A DNA stretch of 64,000 nt from Polynucleobacter sp. (GTDB lineage Bacteria; Pseudomonadota; Gammaproteobacteria; Burkholderiales; Burkholderiaceae), in NCBI GenBank assembly GCA_044340835.1, contig JBIISV010000001.1, forward strand, positions 13,837 to 77,836, given 5' to 3'. Shown here piece after piece: positions 10,795-21,383 of this stretch. Position 1 is the first letter of the stretch, and each line of letters starts with the position of its first letter. The notes beneath the pieces were generated by a model that was not told where the DNA came from, searched no databases, and saw only the letters and a program-made list of their open reading frames with translations. A program made the position numbers and the translations under genes.

Positions 10795-11526
10795 ATGACC
10801 AAGCCCAACATCACCCGCCCTAGTGGCCGTGCACCAAGCCAGTTACGCCCCGTGAGCATCAGTCGTGCTTTTACCAAGCATGCAGAGGGCTCTGTCCTGA
10901 TCGCTTTTGGCGATACGAAAGTACTTTGCACTGCCAGCATTCTAGAAAAAGTACCTCCCCACAAAAAAGGCTCTGGCGAAGGTTGGGTTACTGCGGAATA
11001 CGGCATGCTACCCCGCTCAACCCACACCCGCAGCGATCGTGAAGCGGCTCGCGGAAAACAATCGGGTCGTACGCAAGAGATTCAGCGTTTGATCGGCCGC
11101 GCCATGCGCAGTGTGTTTGATCTCAAAGTATTGGGTGAGAGAACGATTCATCTGGATTGTGATGTCTTGCAAGCAGACGGCGGCACCAGAACGGCTGCTA
11201 TTACTGGTGCTTATGTTGCGGCACGCGATGCGATTAACACCCTCCTTGCCAGTGGCGCACTCAAAACTGATCCGATAATGGATAGCGTTGCTGCGATCTC
11301 GGTTGGTATTTATCAAGGCGTACCCGTACTCGATTTGGATTATCCAGAAGACTCTTCCTGCGATACCGACATGAATGTCGTGATGACAGGCAAAGGTGGC
11401 ATGATTGAAGTGCAAGGAACTGCTGAAGGTCCGGCTTTCACCCGCCCTGAATTAAATGCCTTATTAGATCTTGCGCAAGAGGGTATTCGTGATTTAACTC
11501 AGCTTCAAACAGAAGCCTTTCAATAA
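10795..11526 (+). CDS. rph: Ribonuclease PH
   Basis: [34 protein letters not shown]. Confidence 0.97.
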   Translation: MTKPNITRPSGRAPSQLRPVSISRAFTKHAEGSVLIAFGDTKVLCTASILEKVPPHKKGSGEGWVTAEYGMLPRSTHTRSDREAARGKQSGRTQEIQRLIGRAMRSVFDLKVLGERTIHLDCDVLQADGGTRTAAITGAYVAARDAINTLLASGALKTDPIMDSVAAISVGIYQGVPVLDLDYPEDSSCDTDMNVVMTGKGGMIEVQGTAEGPAFTRPELNALLDLAQEGIRDLTQLQTEAFQ

Positions 11527-11536
11527 GGACTGGGGC

Positions 11537-12133
11537 TTGATTGTGCAAAAGCTGGTTCTTGCCTCCAACAATGCTGGCAAGGTTCGTGAATTTCAGGAAC
11601 TCTTGGCGCCCTTCCATTTTCAGGTAATCCCCCAAGGTGAGTTAGGCATTCTGGCAGCAGAAGAGCCTCATCACACCTTTGTTGAGAATGCCCTTGCAAA
11701 GGCACGTCATGCTAGCGCTGCAAGCGGTTTACCTGCCCTTGCTGATGATTCCGGAATTTGCGCTCATGCATTAGGTGGTGCTCCGGGAGTTTACTCAGCC
11801 CGCTATGCAGGTATTGATGCAGATGATGGTGCTAACAACCAAAAATTGCTTTTGGCACTGCAAGGCAAAGCGGATCGTGGAGCACACTATGTCTGCGCCC
11901 TTGTTATGGTTAATAGCGCCAATGATCCAGAGCCACTAATTGTGCAAACCCGCTGGTACGGCCAAGTGCTTGATGAAGCCCAGGGTGTCCATGGCTTTGG
12001 TTATGACCCTCATTTCTTTTTGCCTGAGCTTGGTAAGACTGCTGCTCAATTAGAACCCTCTGAGAAAAACCGCATCAGCCATCGTGCTCTTGCCTTACGT
12101 GAACTCATTACCCAACTCCAAAGCCGTGCTTAA
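11537..12133 (+). CDS. rdgB: Non-canonical purine NTP pyrophosphatase RdgB/HAM1
   Basis: LASNNAGKVRE, LADDSG, GFGYDP, KNRISHR. Confidence 0.95.
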   Translation: MIVQKLVLASNNAGKVREFQELLAPFHFQVIPQGELGILAAEEPHHTFVENALAKARHASAASGLPALADDSGICAHALGGAPGVYSARYAGIDADDGANNQKLLLALQGKADRGAHYVCALVMVNSANDPEPLIVQTRWYGQVLDEAQGVHGFGYDPHFFLPELGKTAAQLEPSEKNRISHRALALRELITQLQSRA

Positions 12134-12152
12134 TACACTGAATTCTGGTCTG

Positions 12153-13316
12153 GTGACACAAACAAAACTGAGTGCACTACCTCCACTATCTTTGTATATT
12201 CATTTTCCATGGTGTGAAAAGAAGTGTCCTTACTGTGACTTTAATTCCCACCAGATCAAAGACGGTCAGCAAGGGTTTGATGAGGCTAGGTATATTCAGG
12301 CCCTGATTGCTGATTTAGAAACAGAGCTGCCGCGCATATGGGGTCGGCAAGTACATAGCATCTTCATTGGTGGTGGCACACCTAGCCTACTATCCGCCAA
12401 GGGTATGAATGAACTCCTTTCGGCTATTCGGGCACGCGTGAACTTAGAGCCTGATTGCGAAATCACGATGGAGGCCAATCCAGGCTCAGTCGAGACTGAA
12501 AAATTCGCTGGCTTTGCTAAGGCCGGCATCAATCGAGTCTCCTTAGGCATTCAGAGTTTTCAGGATAGCCAACTTAAAGCCTTGGGACGAATTCATAGCG
12601 GCGAGGAAGCAAAGCGCGCTATTGCAATTGCGCTTGAGCACTTTAAGTCCGTTAATCTCGATTTGATGTTTGGTTTGCCAAATCAAACCCTGAATGATGC
12701 TAGAGCAGATATTGAAACTGCCGTCTCCTTTAACACCCCGCACCTCTCTTTCTACAACTTAACGCTAGAACCCAATACTTACTTTGCTAGTTTTCCACCA
12801 AAGCTCCCAAGCGAAGATGAGATTGATGTGATCTTCGAGCAAAACCTAGCCCTGCTAGAAGCAGCAGGTTATCGGCGCTATGAAATCTCTGCTTATGCCC
12901 AAAAAGATCAGGAGTGCAAACACAATCTAAATTATTGGCGTTTTGGTGATTACATTGGTATTGGTGCGGGAGCCCATGGCAAGATCTCCTTCCCCGAAAA
13001 AATTACTCGTCAAGTGCGAGAGCGCCATCCGGAAACCTATATGCAAGCTATGGAAACCAAAGGCAATGCTTTGATTGAGGATCGAGAGATCCCCGCAAAA
13101 GATCTGCCATTTGAATTCATGCTCAATACCTTGCGCCTGACTGATGGCGTTGACACCGTTACTTTTAGCGAGCGTACAGGCTTACCACTCAATGTTGTCT
13201 CAAAGGGATTAGAGGATGCTAGCAAAAAAGGTTTGTTAGATTTAAATCCCAGCAAACTGAAGGCTACAGAGCAAGGTCTACGCTATCTCAATAACCTACA
13301 AGAGATGTTTTTATAG
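12153..13316 (+). CDS. hemW: Radical SAM heme chaperone HemW
   Basis: LYIHFPWCEKKCPYCDFNSH (CxxxCxxC), HNLNYWRFGDYIGIGAGAHGK; follows rph-rdgB; start uncertain. Confidence 0.92.
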   Translation: MTQTKLSALPPLSLYIHFPWCEKKCPYCDFNSHQIKDGQQGFDEARYIQALIADLETELPRIWGRQVHSIFIGGGTPSLLSAKGMNELLSAIRARVNLEPDCEITMEANPGSVETEKFAGFAKAGINRVSLGIQSFQDSQLKALGRIHSGEEAKRAIAIALEHFKSVNLDLMFGLPNQTLNDARADIETAVSFNTPHLSFYNLTLEPNTYFASFPPKLPSEDEIDVIFEQNLALLEAAGYRRYEISAYAQKDQECKHNLNYWRFGDYIGIGAGAHGKISFPEKITRQVRERHPETYMQAMETKGNALIEDREIPAKDLPFEFMLNTLRLTDGVDTVTFSERTGLPLNVVSKGLEDASKKGLLDLNPSKLKATEQGLRYLNNLQEMFL

Positions 13317-13342
13317 GCTTTGGAAGGCCTGGGGAGTGGGGA

Positions 13343-14146
13343 TTACTTCCCAGTCCAAATAGGCGGCTTTCCATCTAAGAATGCAGTCACGCCATTCTTG
13401 AAGTCTTGACTCGCGTAGCATTCCCGAATCAGATCACTGCAATCCGGCAAGTTATTCTGAATGATTCGTGCCAGAGCTTGCTTACTCGACTTCTGTGTGA
13501 TGGGCGCTAACTGCATTAAGCGCTCAGCCAACTGATGAGCTTCATTCTCGAGCGATTCCGCAGGATAAGTAGCAAGGAGATAGCCCTGTTTAAGCAACTC
13601 AGGTGCAGTGACTAGCTCTGCCAATAAGAGCATACGTTTCACAACATGTACGCCAAGATGAGCTACAAGCCAGGCAACATTACCAGCAGATAAGCAATTA
13701 CCTAATGTTTTTGCGATGGGCACCCCAAAGCGCGCATCCGGTGTGGAGATACGGAAATCACAACAACTGGCAATTGCCAGGCCCCCGCCTACTGCCATGC
13801 CATCAATCACCGCAATTGTTGGAATAGGCAATGTTGCCAAAGGAGCCAAATAACGGTCAATACCCTCTTCATAACGAATACCGTCATCGCCTGACGTAAA
13901 GCTGGAGAACTGGGCAATATCACTTCCAGAGACAAATGATTTGCCGCCAGCACCGCGCAAAATAGCGACGCGCGCCATAGAATTTGTAGCTAACTCTTCA
14001 CAGATAGTTTTCAAGCTTTGATACATACTGACTGTCATTGCATTACGAGCAGCAACATGATCAAAAGTAATGAATGCAATCCTATTGCGAAGCTCTAAGC
14101 GAACTTCTGCAAGGCGATCTGGATGAAGGTTTTTATCTGTTGTCAT
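13343..14146 (-). CDS. Enoyl-CoA hydratase/isomerase family protein
   Basis: SFVSGSDI, DGMAVGGG crotonase motifs. Confidence 0.88.
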   Translation of the reverse strand: MTTDKNLHPDRLAEVRLELRNRIAFITFDHVAARNAMTVSMYQSLKTICEELATNSMARVAILRGAGGKSFVSGSDIAQFSSFTSGDDGIRYEEGIDRYLAPLATLPIPTIAVIDGMAVGGGLAIASCCDFRISTPDARFGVPIAKTLGNCLSAGNVAWLVAHLGVHVVKRMLLLAELVTAPELLKQGYLLATYPAESLENEAHQLAERLMQLAPITQKSSKQALARIIQNNLPDCSDLIRECYASQDFKNGVTAFLDGKPPIWTGK

Positions 14147-14219
14147 GAAATAAAAAACCCTCCCTCATTCAAGAGAAAGGGTTAACAAATTCTACAGCTG
14201 AAACGATTCGCTTACCGAA

Positions 14220-15218
14220 TTATTCAGCCTTAATATTGAGGCTCTTTACCAAGCGCTGATACTTCACTAACTCACCAGCCAAGAAAAGGCTGAAAGCCGC
14301 TGGTGTTGCTGGCCCTTCTGGCTGGAGGCCTTGTGAGTCCAGAGTCCGCTTGATTTGGGGATCATTCATAGCTGCTTTTACAGCCTGATCAATCTTATTG
14401 ACCGTAGCAGTATCCATCCCCTTAGGCCCCATAATTGAATACCAATTCGTTACATCGAAACCAACAATACCGACCTCATTAAAAGTGGGTACGGTTGGCA
14501 GGATTGATAAGCGATTGGGGGTGGAGATAGCAAGAGCCTTCAGATTGCCATCCTTGATTTGCTGCAAGTTAGGCGGCAAAGTATCAAAATTCATCGTAAT
14601 TTGCCCGCCTAGCAAGTCAATGATCGCCTGACCGCTTCCTTTATAGGGAACATGATTCATCTGTACTCCAGCAATCTTAGAGAACAAAGCGCCTGCCAGA
14701 TGTTGCGTGCTACCAATGCCAGAGGAGCCATAAGTCATCTGACCTGGGTTTTGCTTAGCTAAGGCAATCAATTGCGCAACTGAATTCACAGGTAGAGAGG
14801 ATTTAACTACCAGCACATTAGGAACATATCCAAGGTAAGTGATTGGCGTGAAGTCTGTTGCTGCGTTGTAAGGAACGCTCGAAAGCACGAAGGGGGCAAT
14901 GGCATTGGAGTTGGAGTGCCCCATCAACAAGGTGTAACCCTCGGGATTCGACTTTGCAACTAAATCAGCGCCGATAGTACCGGCCGCCCCAGATCGATTT
15001 TCAACCACAACACTTTGACCTAAGATTTCACTCATCTTTGGAGCAATAGCGCGTGCCACAATATCAGTTCCGCCTCCGGGGGCAAAACCGACAATTAATC
15101 GAATCGGCTTGTTTGGATAGGCTTGCTGTGCACTTGCAGAGAATGGCAATGCACTACAAATCGTTATGGCAAAAAAAGCAAAGTTGCGCAAAATCCGCCG
15201 AGGGGATTGACTGGTCAT
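14220..15218 (-). CDS. Bug/TctC tripartite tricarboxylate transporter substrate-binding protein
   Basis: YPNKPIRLIVGFAPGGGTD, HVPYKGSG; GGAGG RBS before ATG 15218. Confidence 0.9.
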   Translation of the reverse strand: MTSQSPRRILRNFAFFAITICSALPFSASAQQAYPNKPIRLIVGFAPGGGTDIVARAIAPKMSEILGQSVVVENRSGAAGTIGADLVAKSNPEGYTLLMGHSNSNAIAPFVLSSVPYNAATDFTPITYLGYVPNVLVVKSSLPVNSVAQLIALAKQNPGQMTYGSSGIGSTQHLAGALFSKIAGVQMNHVPYKGSGQAIIDLLGGQITMNFDTLPPNLQQIKDGNLKALAISTPNRLSILPTVPTFNEVGIVGFDVTNWYSIMGPKGMDTATVNKIDQAVKAAMNDPQIKRTLDSQGLQPEGPATPAAFSLFLAGELVKYQRLVKSLNIKAE

Positions 15219-15300
15219 ACGACCTCCATTTTTTGTTTTATATTCAAGACTATTCATTACAATTTTTAAATATAAACAGATAAAAACAATTGAGACATAG

Positions 15301-16515
15301 ATGAAAACACCTAGCAGCAAGCCTTTGCCCCTGGCTGGCGTTCGCGTTCTTGATGTCAGTCAGGTAATGGCTGGACCCTACTCCTGCATGCTCCTGGCTG
15401 ATTTAGGTGCAGATGTCATCAAAATTGAGCCGCCTGGCACTGGAGATCAAACCCGGGGAGCTATGGGATTCAAGATGAAGGGCTCAGACAGCATGGGCTT
15501 TCTGAATATGAATCGCAACAAGCGCAGCGTGACCTTAAATCTGAAAACAGCAGCCGGCAAAAAAGTATTTTTTGAGCTAGTTAAATCTGCTGACATTTTG
15601 GTTGAAAACTATCGTCCTGGAGTCATGAAAAAACTGGGGATTGACTACCCGTCGCTCAAGGAAGTTAACCCAGGATTGGTTTATGCCAGCATCTCAGGAT
15701 TTGGTCAAACTGGACCATGGGCAGATCGCCCAGGTTTTGATCTTATGGCACAAGCAATGTCTGGCGTTATGAGTGTCACGGGCTATCCGGATGGCCCCCC
15801 TGTAAAGGCAGGGGTTCCTGTTGCTGATATTGGTTGCGCCCTCTTCGCGGTCTATGGCATTTTGTCAGCCTATATTGGCAAGACTAAATCGGGTGAAGGC
15901 CAATTTATTGACGCATCTTTATTTGATTCCGCGCTCGCGTTCTCCATCTGGGATACAGCGCAATACTGGGGAACAGGCGAAGAGCCATACAAGCTAGGCA
16001 CCGCAAATCATATGAGCGCACCCTATCAGGCTATGAAAGCCTCTGATGCTTATTTTGTCATGGGCGCTACCAATCAGAAGCTCTGGAAATTACTGTGCGA
16101 CAAGATTGGTCGGCCAGAATTATTCGAAGACCCACTCTTTAAAACCAACCCACTTCGCTTAGCTAATCGCTTGATACTAACTGCCGAACTTGAAAAAACG
16201 TTCGTCACCAAAACCAGTGAGGAATGGGTTGATCTCCTGTTAGCTGCAGGCATTCCAGCTGGTCCAATAAACACCTATCCCGAGGCATTCAATAGTGAAC
16301 ATGGGAAGCATCGGAAGATGCGCATGGAGATTGATCACCCGATTGAGGGTAAGGTTCCCAATATTGGGTTTGCAGTCAAGTTGATGGGTACCCCTCAAGC
16401 AGTGACAAGACACCCTCCACTCCTAGGTGAGCACACTAGTGAACTCCTTCAAGAATTGGGGATTGCTGGCGATGAACTTCGGGCACTAGAGGCAGGCGGT
16501 GCATTTACTGCATGA
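15301..16515 (+). CDS. CaiB/BaiF family III CoA transferase
   Basis: LAGVRVLDVSQVMAGP, NRNKRS, ENYRPG, PPLLGEHT. Confidence 0.92.
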   Translation: MKTPSSKPLPLAGVRVLDVSQVMAGPYSCMLLADLGADVIKIEPPGTGDQTRGAMGFKMKGSDSMGFLNMNRNKRSVTLNLKTAAGKKVFFELVKSADILVENYRPGVMKKLGIDYPSLKEVNPGLVYASISGFGQTGPWADRPGFDLMAQAMSGVMSVTGYPDGPPVKAGVPVADIGCALFAVYGILSAYIGKTKSGEGQFIDASLFDSALAFSIWDTAQYWGTGEEPYKLGTANHMSAPYQAMKASDAYFVMGATNQKLWKLLCDKIGRPELFEDPLFKTNPLRLANRLILTAELEKTFVTKTSEEWVDLLLAAGIPAGPINTYPEAFNSEHGKHRKMRMEIDHPIEGKVPNIGFAVKLMGTPQAVTRHPPLLGEHTSELLQELGIAGDELRALEAGGAFTA

Positions 16516-16726
16516 GCACCCAGAACTTCGAAGGAAGCCGAAAAGAGATGGGGGCCTAGAATCAAGATGGTTTTATTTTGAGGGTCTAGTGGCCTCATCA
16601 TCAAATCATCCTCATTCTTGAGATGAGTAATACAATCTACATAAATGCTAAAACAATAGCGTTTAACCATTCTTGCATTGCGGTTTATAGGCGATGCACT
16701 TTAACTTCTTAAGGATTAATATAATC

Positions 16727-17308
16727 ATGAAAAAACTCATTATTGCTGTCGTCATTGCTGCAATTGCAATCGGCGCTTACTTTGTACTAAATAAACCAAA
16801 GCCCCCAGTTGCTGCCGTAGCCGCTCAAGAGGCTGCCCTCATTTATGACGGCGAAGTCATCAAAGTGGATGCTGCAACTCGTACTGTTACCCTGAAAAAT
16901 CAAGACGGTGAAACATCTATTGTTGCTGGCCCTGAAGTCAAGAACTTTGCTGAAATTAAAGTAGGTGATCGTTTTGACGTTGTCTACGAACTTGCTGTAG
17001 CTGTTGAGTTGGTAAAAGTAAAGAATCCTGGCGTCACTAGCGAGCAAGTAACTACTACCACTGCTACTGCTCCACAAGGCGATAAGCCAGGCATGATTAC
17101 CACCAACACGATTACTGCAACTGCCAATATTGAATCCATTGATACAGCTAAAAATATTGTCTCTTTAAAAGGTCCTCAAGGAAACATCTTTAAAGTGAAA
17201 GTCCAGAATCCGGATTTAATGAAAGATATTGCTGTAAACGACCAAGTAAGAGTAGTTTATACAGAAGCGATTGCTGCTGTAGTGAGCGCACCAGTTGCGA
17301 AGAAGTAA
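16727..17308 (+). CDS. Exported hypothetical protein with two OB-fold-like repeats
   Basis: N-terminal hydrophobic segment; repeated VDAATRTVTLK / IDTAKNIVSLKGP units. Confidence 0.7.
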   Translation: MKKLIIAVVIAAIAIGAYFVLNKPKPPVAAVAAQEAALIYDGEVIKVDAATRTVTLKNQDGETSIVAGPEVKNFAEIKVGDRFDVVYELAVAVELVKVKNPGVTSEQVTTTTATAPQGDKPGMITTNTITATANIESIDTAKNIVSLKGPQGNIFKVKVQNPDLMKDIAVNDQVRVVYTEAIAAVVSAPVAKK

Positions 17309-17340
17309 TGCACTAAATCTTTTCTAGCTACTAGAAAAAC

Positions 17341-17372
17341 AAAACCCCAGCAAATGATTGCTGGGGTTTTTT
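17341..17372. terminator. Rho-independent terminator, likely bidirectional
   Basis: AAAACCCCAGCAAATGATTGCTGGGGTTTTTT. Confidence 0.85.
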
Positions 17373-17376
17373 GCTA

Positions 17377-17659
17377 CTAGCGGACCCTTTCCAGGGAAAG
17401 TCGGTTAACCAGTACCGTACAGCGCTCTTCAATCAATGAAACAATTTGGGCAATAATTGGATAGTACCCTTCTCTTTAATTGGGGTACACCCAAATGGGA
17501 CGCTTCAGCCATCTTCCCCCAGTGGCGTGCATGCATTTCATCAAAGCGATACTTGCTACCAATCTTCATTGCCATGCTATCGATAAGGCCTGGATAGACT
17601 ACAGTTGATAAAACATCATAAAGTGGTACTAATTGAATTCCACTTTGACTAAAAAGCAA
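17377..17659 (-). pseudogene. HipA-family kinase toxin C-terminal remnant with internal deletion/frameshift
   Basis: LVPLYDVLSTVVYP...MAMKIG in one frame; PIIAQIVSLIEERCTVLVNRLSLERVR* in another; no N-terminal part or hipB. Confidence 0.75.
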
Positions 17660-17778
17660 TGAAACGGATGTACAGCTTATCTCTCCGCGATCACCTCTAA
17701 GGACCTTTAAGAGTCATATGCGCAAAGAAATGGGCCACCATTAGGCAGCCCAATTTTGAATCTTTAAAGATTCAAAAT

Positions 17779-18651
17779 TTAAAATAGCTTGTTCAAGGTT
17801 AATCCTAGAGTTTGGATCGATGCTGTACCAGTACTACTTCCAATTAACGATCCGCTGTAGCTATTCGGTGAACCAGGGTTATTAAATGTTGAGTAGTAGT
17901 TTGATGTCTTATTTTGCGTCATGCTGTAGGAATAGCCAATGTCTAAAAACCATGACTTATCTAAAAAATATGTGCCGCCAAGCATGGCTGAACCGCCATA
18001 TACCCACTGAGTATCTGTAAAATTTTGAGGAGTTCCAGAGACATCAGTTCTTACCCCATTCAGGTCGGCAAAACCAATGAGGTTATTTATTTTGGTATTT
18101 ACCTGAGACACCGTTGGGCCAACGCCAAAATAAATGGTGCCTCTATCAAATGATTGGCCAAAGTAAGGAATGAATGAAATTTGGTTCTTGATAGTTTTTT
18201 GATAGGACATGGCAACTGCATTTCCTGTAAATGAAGCCCCGCTTGGATATGTGCCAAATTGAGGTATGAGAATACGGTCCGTAGTTGAGGTTGAGCCACC
18301 CATATAGCTATATGAAAATTTTGCTCCCCACAAATAACTGGAGTCCTGGAATTTTTGAAAATAACCTACCTGTATAGCGGGTGCAATAGAGTTAGTTCCG
18401 CTCATATTTATAGACACTGGCGGACCCCCCGCACTACCAGTTGTTCCTCCTGGGCTTACTGTCGATATGCCAGTAGCTTGCACTTGCTGGCCATTAAATT
18501 GAGTAGAGCTCGCACCAAATCCTAAACCAATGTATGTCCCAGAGGCGGGCACCATCGATGCGGATACATCCTGTCCGCTTGAGGTTGTTGAGTGGCTAAT
18601 AATGGCAATAAAAAAACATACCAATGAAATTTTTTTAAACGACTGAGTCAT
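17779..18651 (-). CDS. Outer-membrane beta-barrel protein
   Basis: Signal peptide, alternating aromatic beta strands, C-terminal Phe (LTLNKLF). Confidence 0.75.
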   Translation of the reverse strand: MTQSFKKISLVCFFIAIISHSTTSSGQDVSASMVPASGTYIGLGFGASSTQFNGQQVQATGISTVSPGGTTGSAGGPPVSINMSGTNSIAPAIQVGYFQKFQDSSYLWGAKFSYSYMGGSTSTTDRILIPQFGTYPSGASFTGNAVAMSYQKTIKNQISFIPYFGQSFDRGTIYFGVGPTVSQVNTKINNLIGFADLNGVRTDVSGTPQNFTDTQWVYGGSAMLGGTYFLDKSWFLDIGYSYSMTQNKTSNYYSTFNNPGSPNSYSGSLIGSSTGTASIQTLGLTLNKLF

Positions 18652-18907
18652 TTTGGCGCCTTTTTCGACGTCTAGGGCGGTAGGATTAGCGAAATGCTAA
18701 TGCAGCTCGAAATATTGAAGTGGCAATTTTACAGGTAAATCTTCACCAGCCTATTTAAAATCAAAAGGATCTCTTTTTTTCGCTTAATAAGACCTAAAGC
18801 CTACGCCCAAAGAAAAAAGCCCGAAGGTGATTTTGGTATTTGTTGGTAGCCACGTTGAAATCGAACTCCTGAGTCTAGAATAGCAAATCACGCTAACCAA
18901 GGCTTAT

Positions 18908-19711
18908 TTATGTGGGGCCAAGCGCATTTTTTAGCAGCAACAAGTCCTCATTGAACTGTTCAAAAGGCATCAATAAATTGGGGTACTCAAGGGATAGGAT
19001 GACGTAAAAACCAAGCCCCATCATTAATAAATAGATGGCAGCCAAGAACCAGTCATTTTCACCCTTTGCCGCCACAGTGTAGCCAATTAATAGTGAGGCA
19101 ACGCACATTAAGCCATATAAAAATCGCATCATTAAAGGTGGCGGGTGTGTTTTTACTTTTATTGCGCCAACGTTGAAGGTTGAGACTAGATTTCGCGTTT
19201 GGAGAGTAATAGTTTCAAACAACATAGCTTTGTTTTCTGAGGGCGCATTTGAAACTGCTTTTGCAATATCTACATTTATCTGCCTAACTAGAATAGCCAC
19301 CTTTTCAGTCGCAATCTCAACATCATTCATACTTTTAAGATTTGAATAGGCCTCTAAGCGATCTGTCAAAAGTTTACTTAAAGATTCCCTAATTGACGCC
19401 TGATCTGACTGATTTAAATACTGGGTAGATACATATACCTCTTTGATAGCATTTGCTTGGGCACGAACACCTTCGACACGAGTTTCGTAATGATTAGCTG
19501 CGTTCGAAAAAGTAAAGCCTAAAACTAAGGCAGACAAACCGAAGATGGCTGTGGCCAAGGAATCTCCAACAACCATCCCAGAATCACCAGACTTTTTGAT
19601 GCGGTATCGCCCAAAAAGCCAGCCAATCCCTAGAAATAAAGTGATTGAAATAGCAAATAAGGCTGGCACAAACTCAATGAGTTGTATGTTTATGTCTGTT
19701 ATTGAAGTCAT
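18908..19711 (-). CDS. Inner-membrane protein (DUF4239/bestrophin-like)
   Basis: Four TM segments; AIFGLSALVLGFTFSNAANHYETR, KTHPP, LSLEYP. Confidence 0.65.
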   Translation of the reverse strand: MTSITDINIQLIEFVPALFAISITLFLGIGWLFGRYRIKKSGDSGMVVGDSLATAIFGLSALVLGFTFSNAANHYETRVEGVRAQANAIKEVYVSTQYLNQSDQASIRESLSKLLTDRLEAYSNLKSMNDVEIATEKVAILVRQINVDIAKAVSNAPSENKAMLFETITLQTRNLVSTFNVGAIKVKTHPPPLMMRFLYGLMCVASLLIGYTVAAKGENDWFLAAIYLLMMGLGFYVILSLEYPNLLMPFEQFNEDLLLLKNALGPT

Positions 19712-20170
19712 TTCTATTTTAGAAAATATGAATTAATTTAATCATAGCAAAATAATCATACTGAGAATGATTCATTTCTCGCCCATTTTTTAATCGCCGC
19801 CCTCTTAAGGATTTTGTGCTTTTAAAGGTCAATTCATGTTGGGGATACATAAGTCTAATGGCGCTCCACACTGCCAAGCCTTCATTAAATAATTTGCCGG
19901 AGGCAGTTTATAGAATCTTGGTGATCCGGCGCGGCATCAAATAAGGATAAGGATGCCTAGATTCAAGCCTAGACGAAGGCTTCTTTCATGCGTATTTAGT
20001 CCACATTCTTAAACTATGGACATTTTCTTATAGTGCTGTCACTTCAATCGCAAAATATGGCATAGTCCTGTGAGACTATTGAATCACGATGAGTGCATCA
20101 AGGAATTGAATGCAAAACTCATTTTTTAGCAATTTCATACGAATTCATTCACTTTGACCTTGGTACTGCC

Positions 20171-21094
20171 ATGTACAGAATTTCACTTAAAACTATTTCG
20201 ATTTTTTTTACCTTGATTCTGCCAGCATTTGCACAGAATCCATCACCCCCCTTGTTCAATGATCTCAATGCTGCCGCAAGAGAGTCTTACGCAGCAGCTC
20301 GAGCGCTTGCATTAAAGAGTGACCAACCCGTCTTTCTAGTGACGGATACCGTCACCTTGATTAGGGGTGAGGATTTGGGCTCTCTACCGTATACGCCGTC
20401 CCAATATCAGTACTTAAAGTCTATTTCACATCTTCCTTTAGGGGTCTTCTCTGCTTCGATAGGACTTCTTGAGAACCCAATGGATAAAAGCTGGATGGAT
20501 AGGTTAAGGATATTGCTCAACGAGTTAAATAGTGCTCAGGCGGATCTATCCAAGGCATCATTTACCGAACTACAAAGAGTCCGTCAGCAGAATATCTTGT
20601 CACTATCACGCACCCACCTCGATGCTATTTTGATGAGCGGAAATACTAATATTGCGTCGATTAACCATTACTCTCGTACGCTTGCGCCACTTCTACTTGC
20701 TAATGCTGCAGACGCCGCAAATGTTCAGATCGAAGCCTTAGATCAAGCTGTACGCGAACTCAGTAAAAAACTGAAACCGGGAGAGTTCGAAAAAGCGATT
20801 GCGGTCATTACTGGCCCAAAGGCACCACGAGAGGGTAATCTACAGTTCCAATACTTTGTCTACGCATTCGGCACCGGCTCTGCTGGCACAAGAGTGCTTT
20901 ACATGGAAAGTGTTTTTGATCGAGAGGCAGCGCTCGGCATTCTTAGAACTGTTCTAAATGACCGCGTGGCTAGTCAAGCTTTTTTTGGAGAAACTTATCG
21001 GTTGGAGCGCGACCTAATGGCCGATGGTGCCACCGTAGAGTTGATGCGGCGGTTCGGCAACCTTGGCAATCAACCGAGCTTACCTGTGAAATAA
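20171..21094 (+). CDS. Exported hypothetical protein
   Basis: Signal peptide ending PAFA-Q; intact ~307-aa ORF; family not recognised. Confidence 0.7.
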   Translation: MYRISLKTISIFFTLILPAFAQNPSPPLFNDLNAAARESYAAARALALKSDQPVFLVTDTVTLIRGEDLGSLPYTPSQYQYLKSISHLPLGVFSASIGLLENPMDKSWMDRLRILLNELNSAQADLSKASFTELQRVRQQNILSLSRTHLDAILMSGNTNIASINHYSRTLAPLLLANAADAANVQIEALDQAVRELSKKLKPGEFEKAIAVITGPKAPREGNLQFQYFVYAFGTGSAGTRVLYMESVFDREAALGILRTVLNDRVASQAFFGETYRLERDLMADGATVELMRRFGNLGNQPSLPVK

Positions 21095-21179
21095 ACCCGC
21101 TCTATGAATGGGCCATCAGCGTTAACCATTTGAATGGCATGATCTGAAAAGTATGTGCCTGGTACGCACCTTAGAATCT

Positions 21180-21237
21180 TGGTGGACCGGGGCGCAATTG
21201 AACCACTGACACAAGGTTTTCAATCCCCTGCACTAAC
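21180..21237 (-). pseudogene. Degenerate tRNA-Phe(GAA) 3' fragment (att-like scar)
   Basis: Minus strand GTTAGTGCAGGGGATTGAAAACCTTGTGTCAGTGGTTCAATTGCGCCCCGGTCCACCA: TTGAAAA anticodon loop, GGTTCAATT T-loop, ACCA end; 5' arm missing. Confidence 0.8.
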
Positions 21238-21277
21238 GTCAGCTGTTGGCCGATAGCAGGCCATCGACCCCCAAAAG

Positions 21278-21383
21278 AAAAGCCACCCCGTAGGATGGCT
21301 TTGGTAACAATTTTGATAAAAGGGTGCTTTATTGCCACAAACCCTTGTAATACCTATTGACTTGGCGGAGTTCATCTCCGCCC
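21278..21383. repeat. att-like direct repeat, copy 1
   Basis: AAAAGCCACCCCGTAGGATGGCTTTGGTAAC...GCCACAAACCCTTGTAATACCTATTGAC-T-TGGCGGA, then 7 bp (GTTCATC) and TCCGCCC; matches 36937-37029. Confidence 0.9.

Noticed and set aside
17731-17752. GGGCCACCA resembling a tRNA-Phe 3' end on the plus strand
   Set aside because: Only 9 nt, opposite orientation to the other scars, and part of a hairpin (TGGGC...GCCCA) best explained as the OMP gene terminator
19762-19776. Possible Fur box TGAGAATGATTCATT
   Set aside because: The right half deviates from the 7-1-7 consensus in an AT-rich region; too weak
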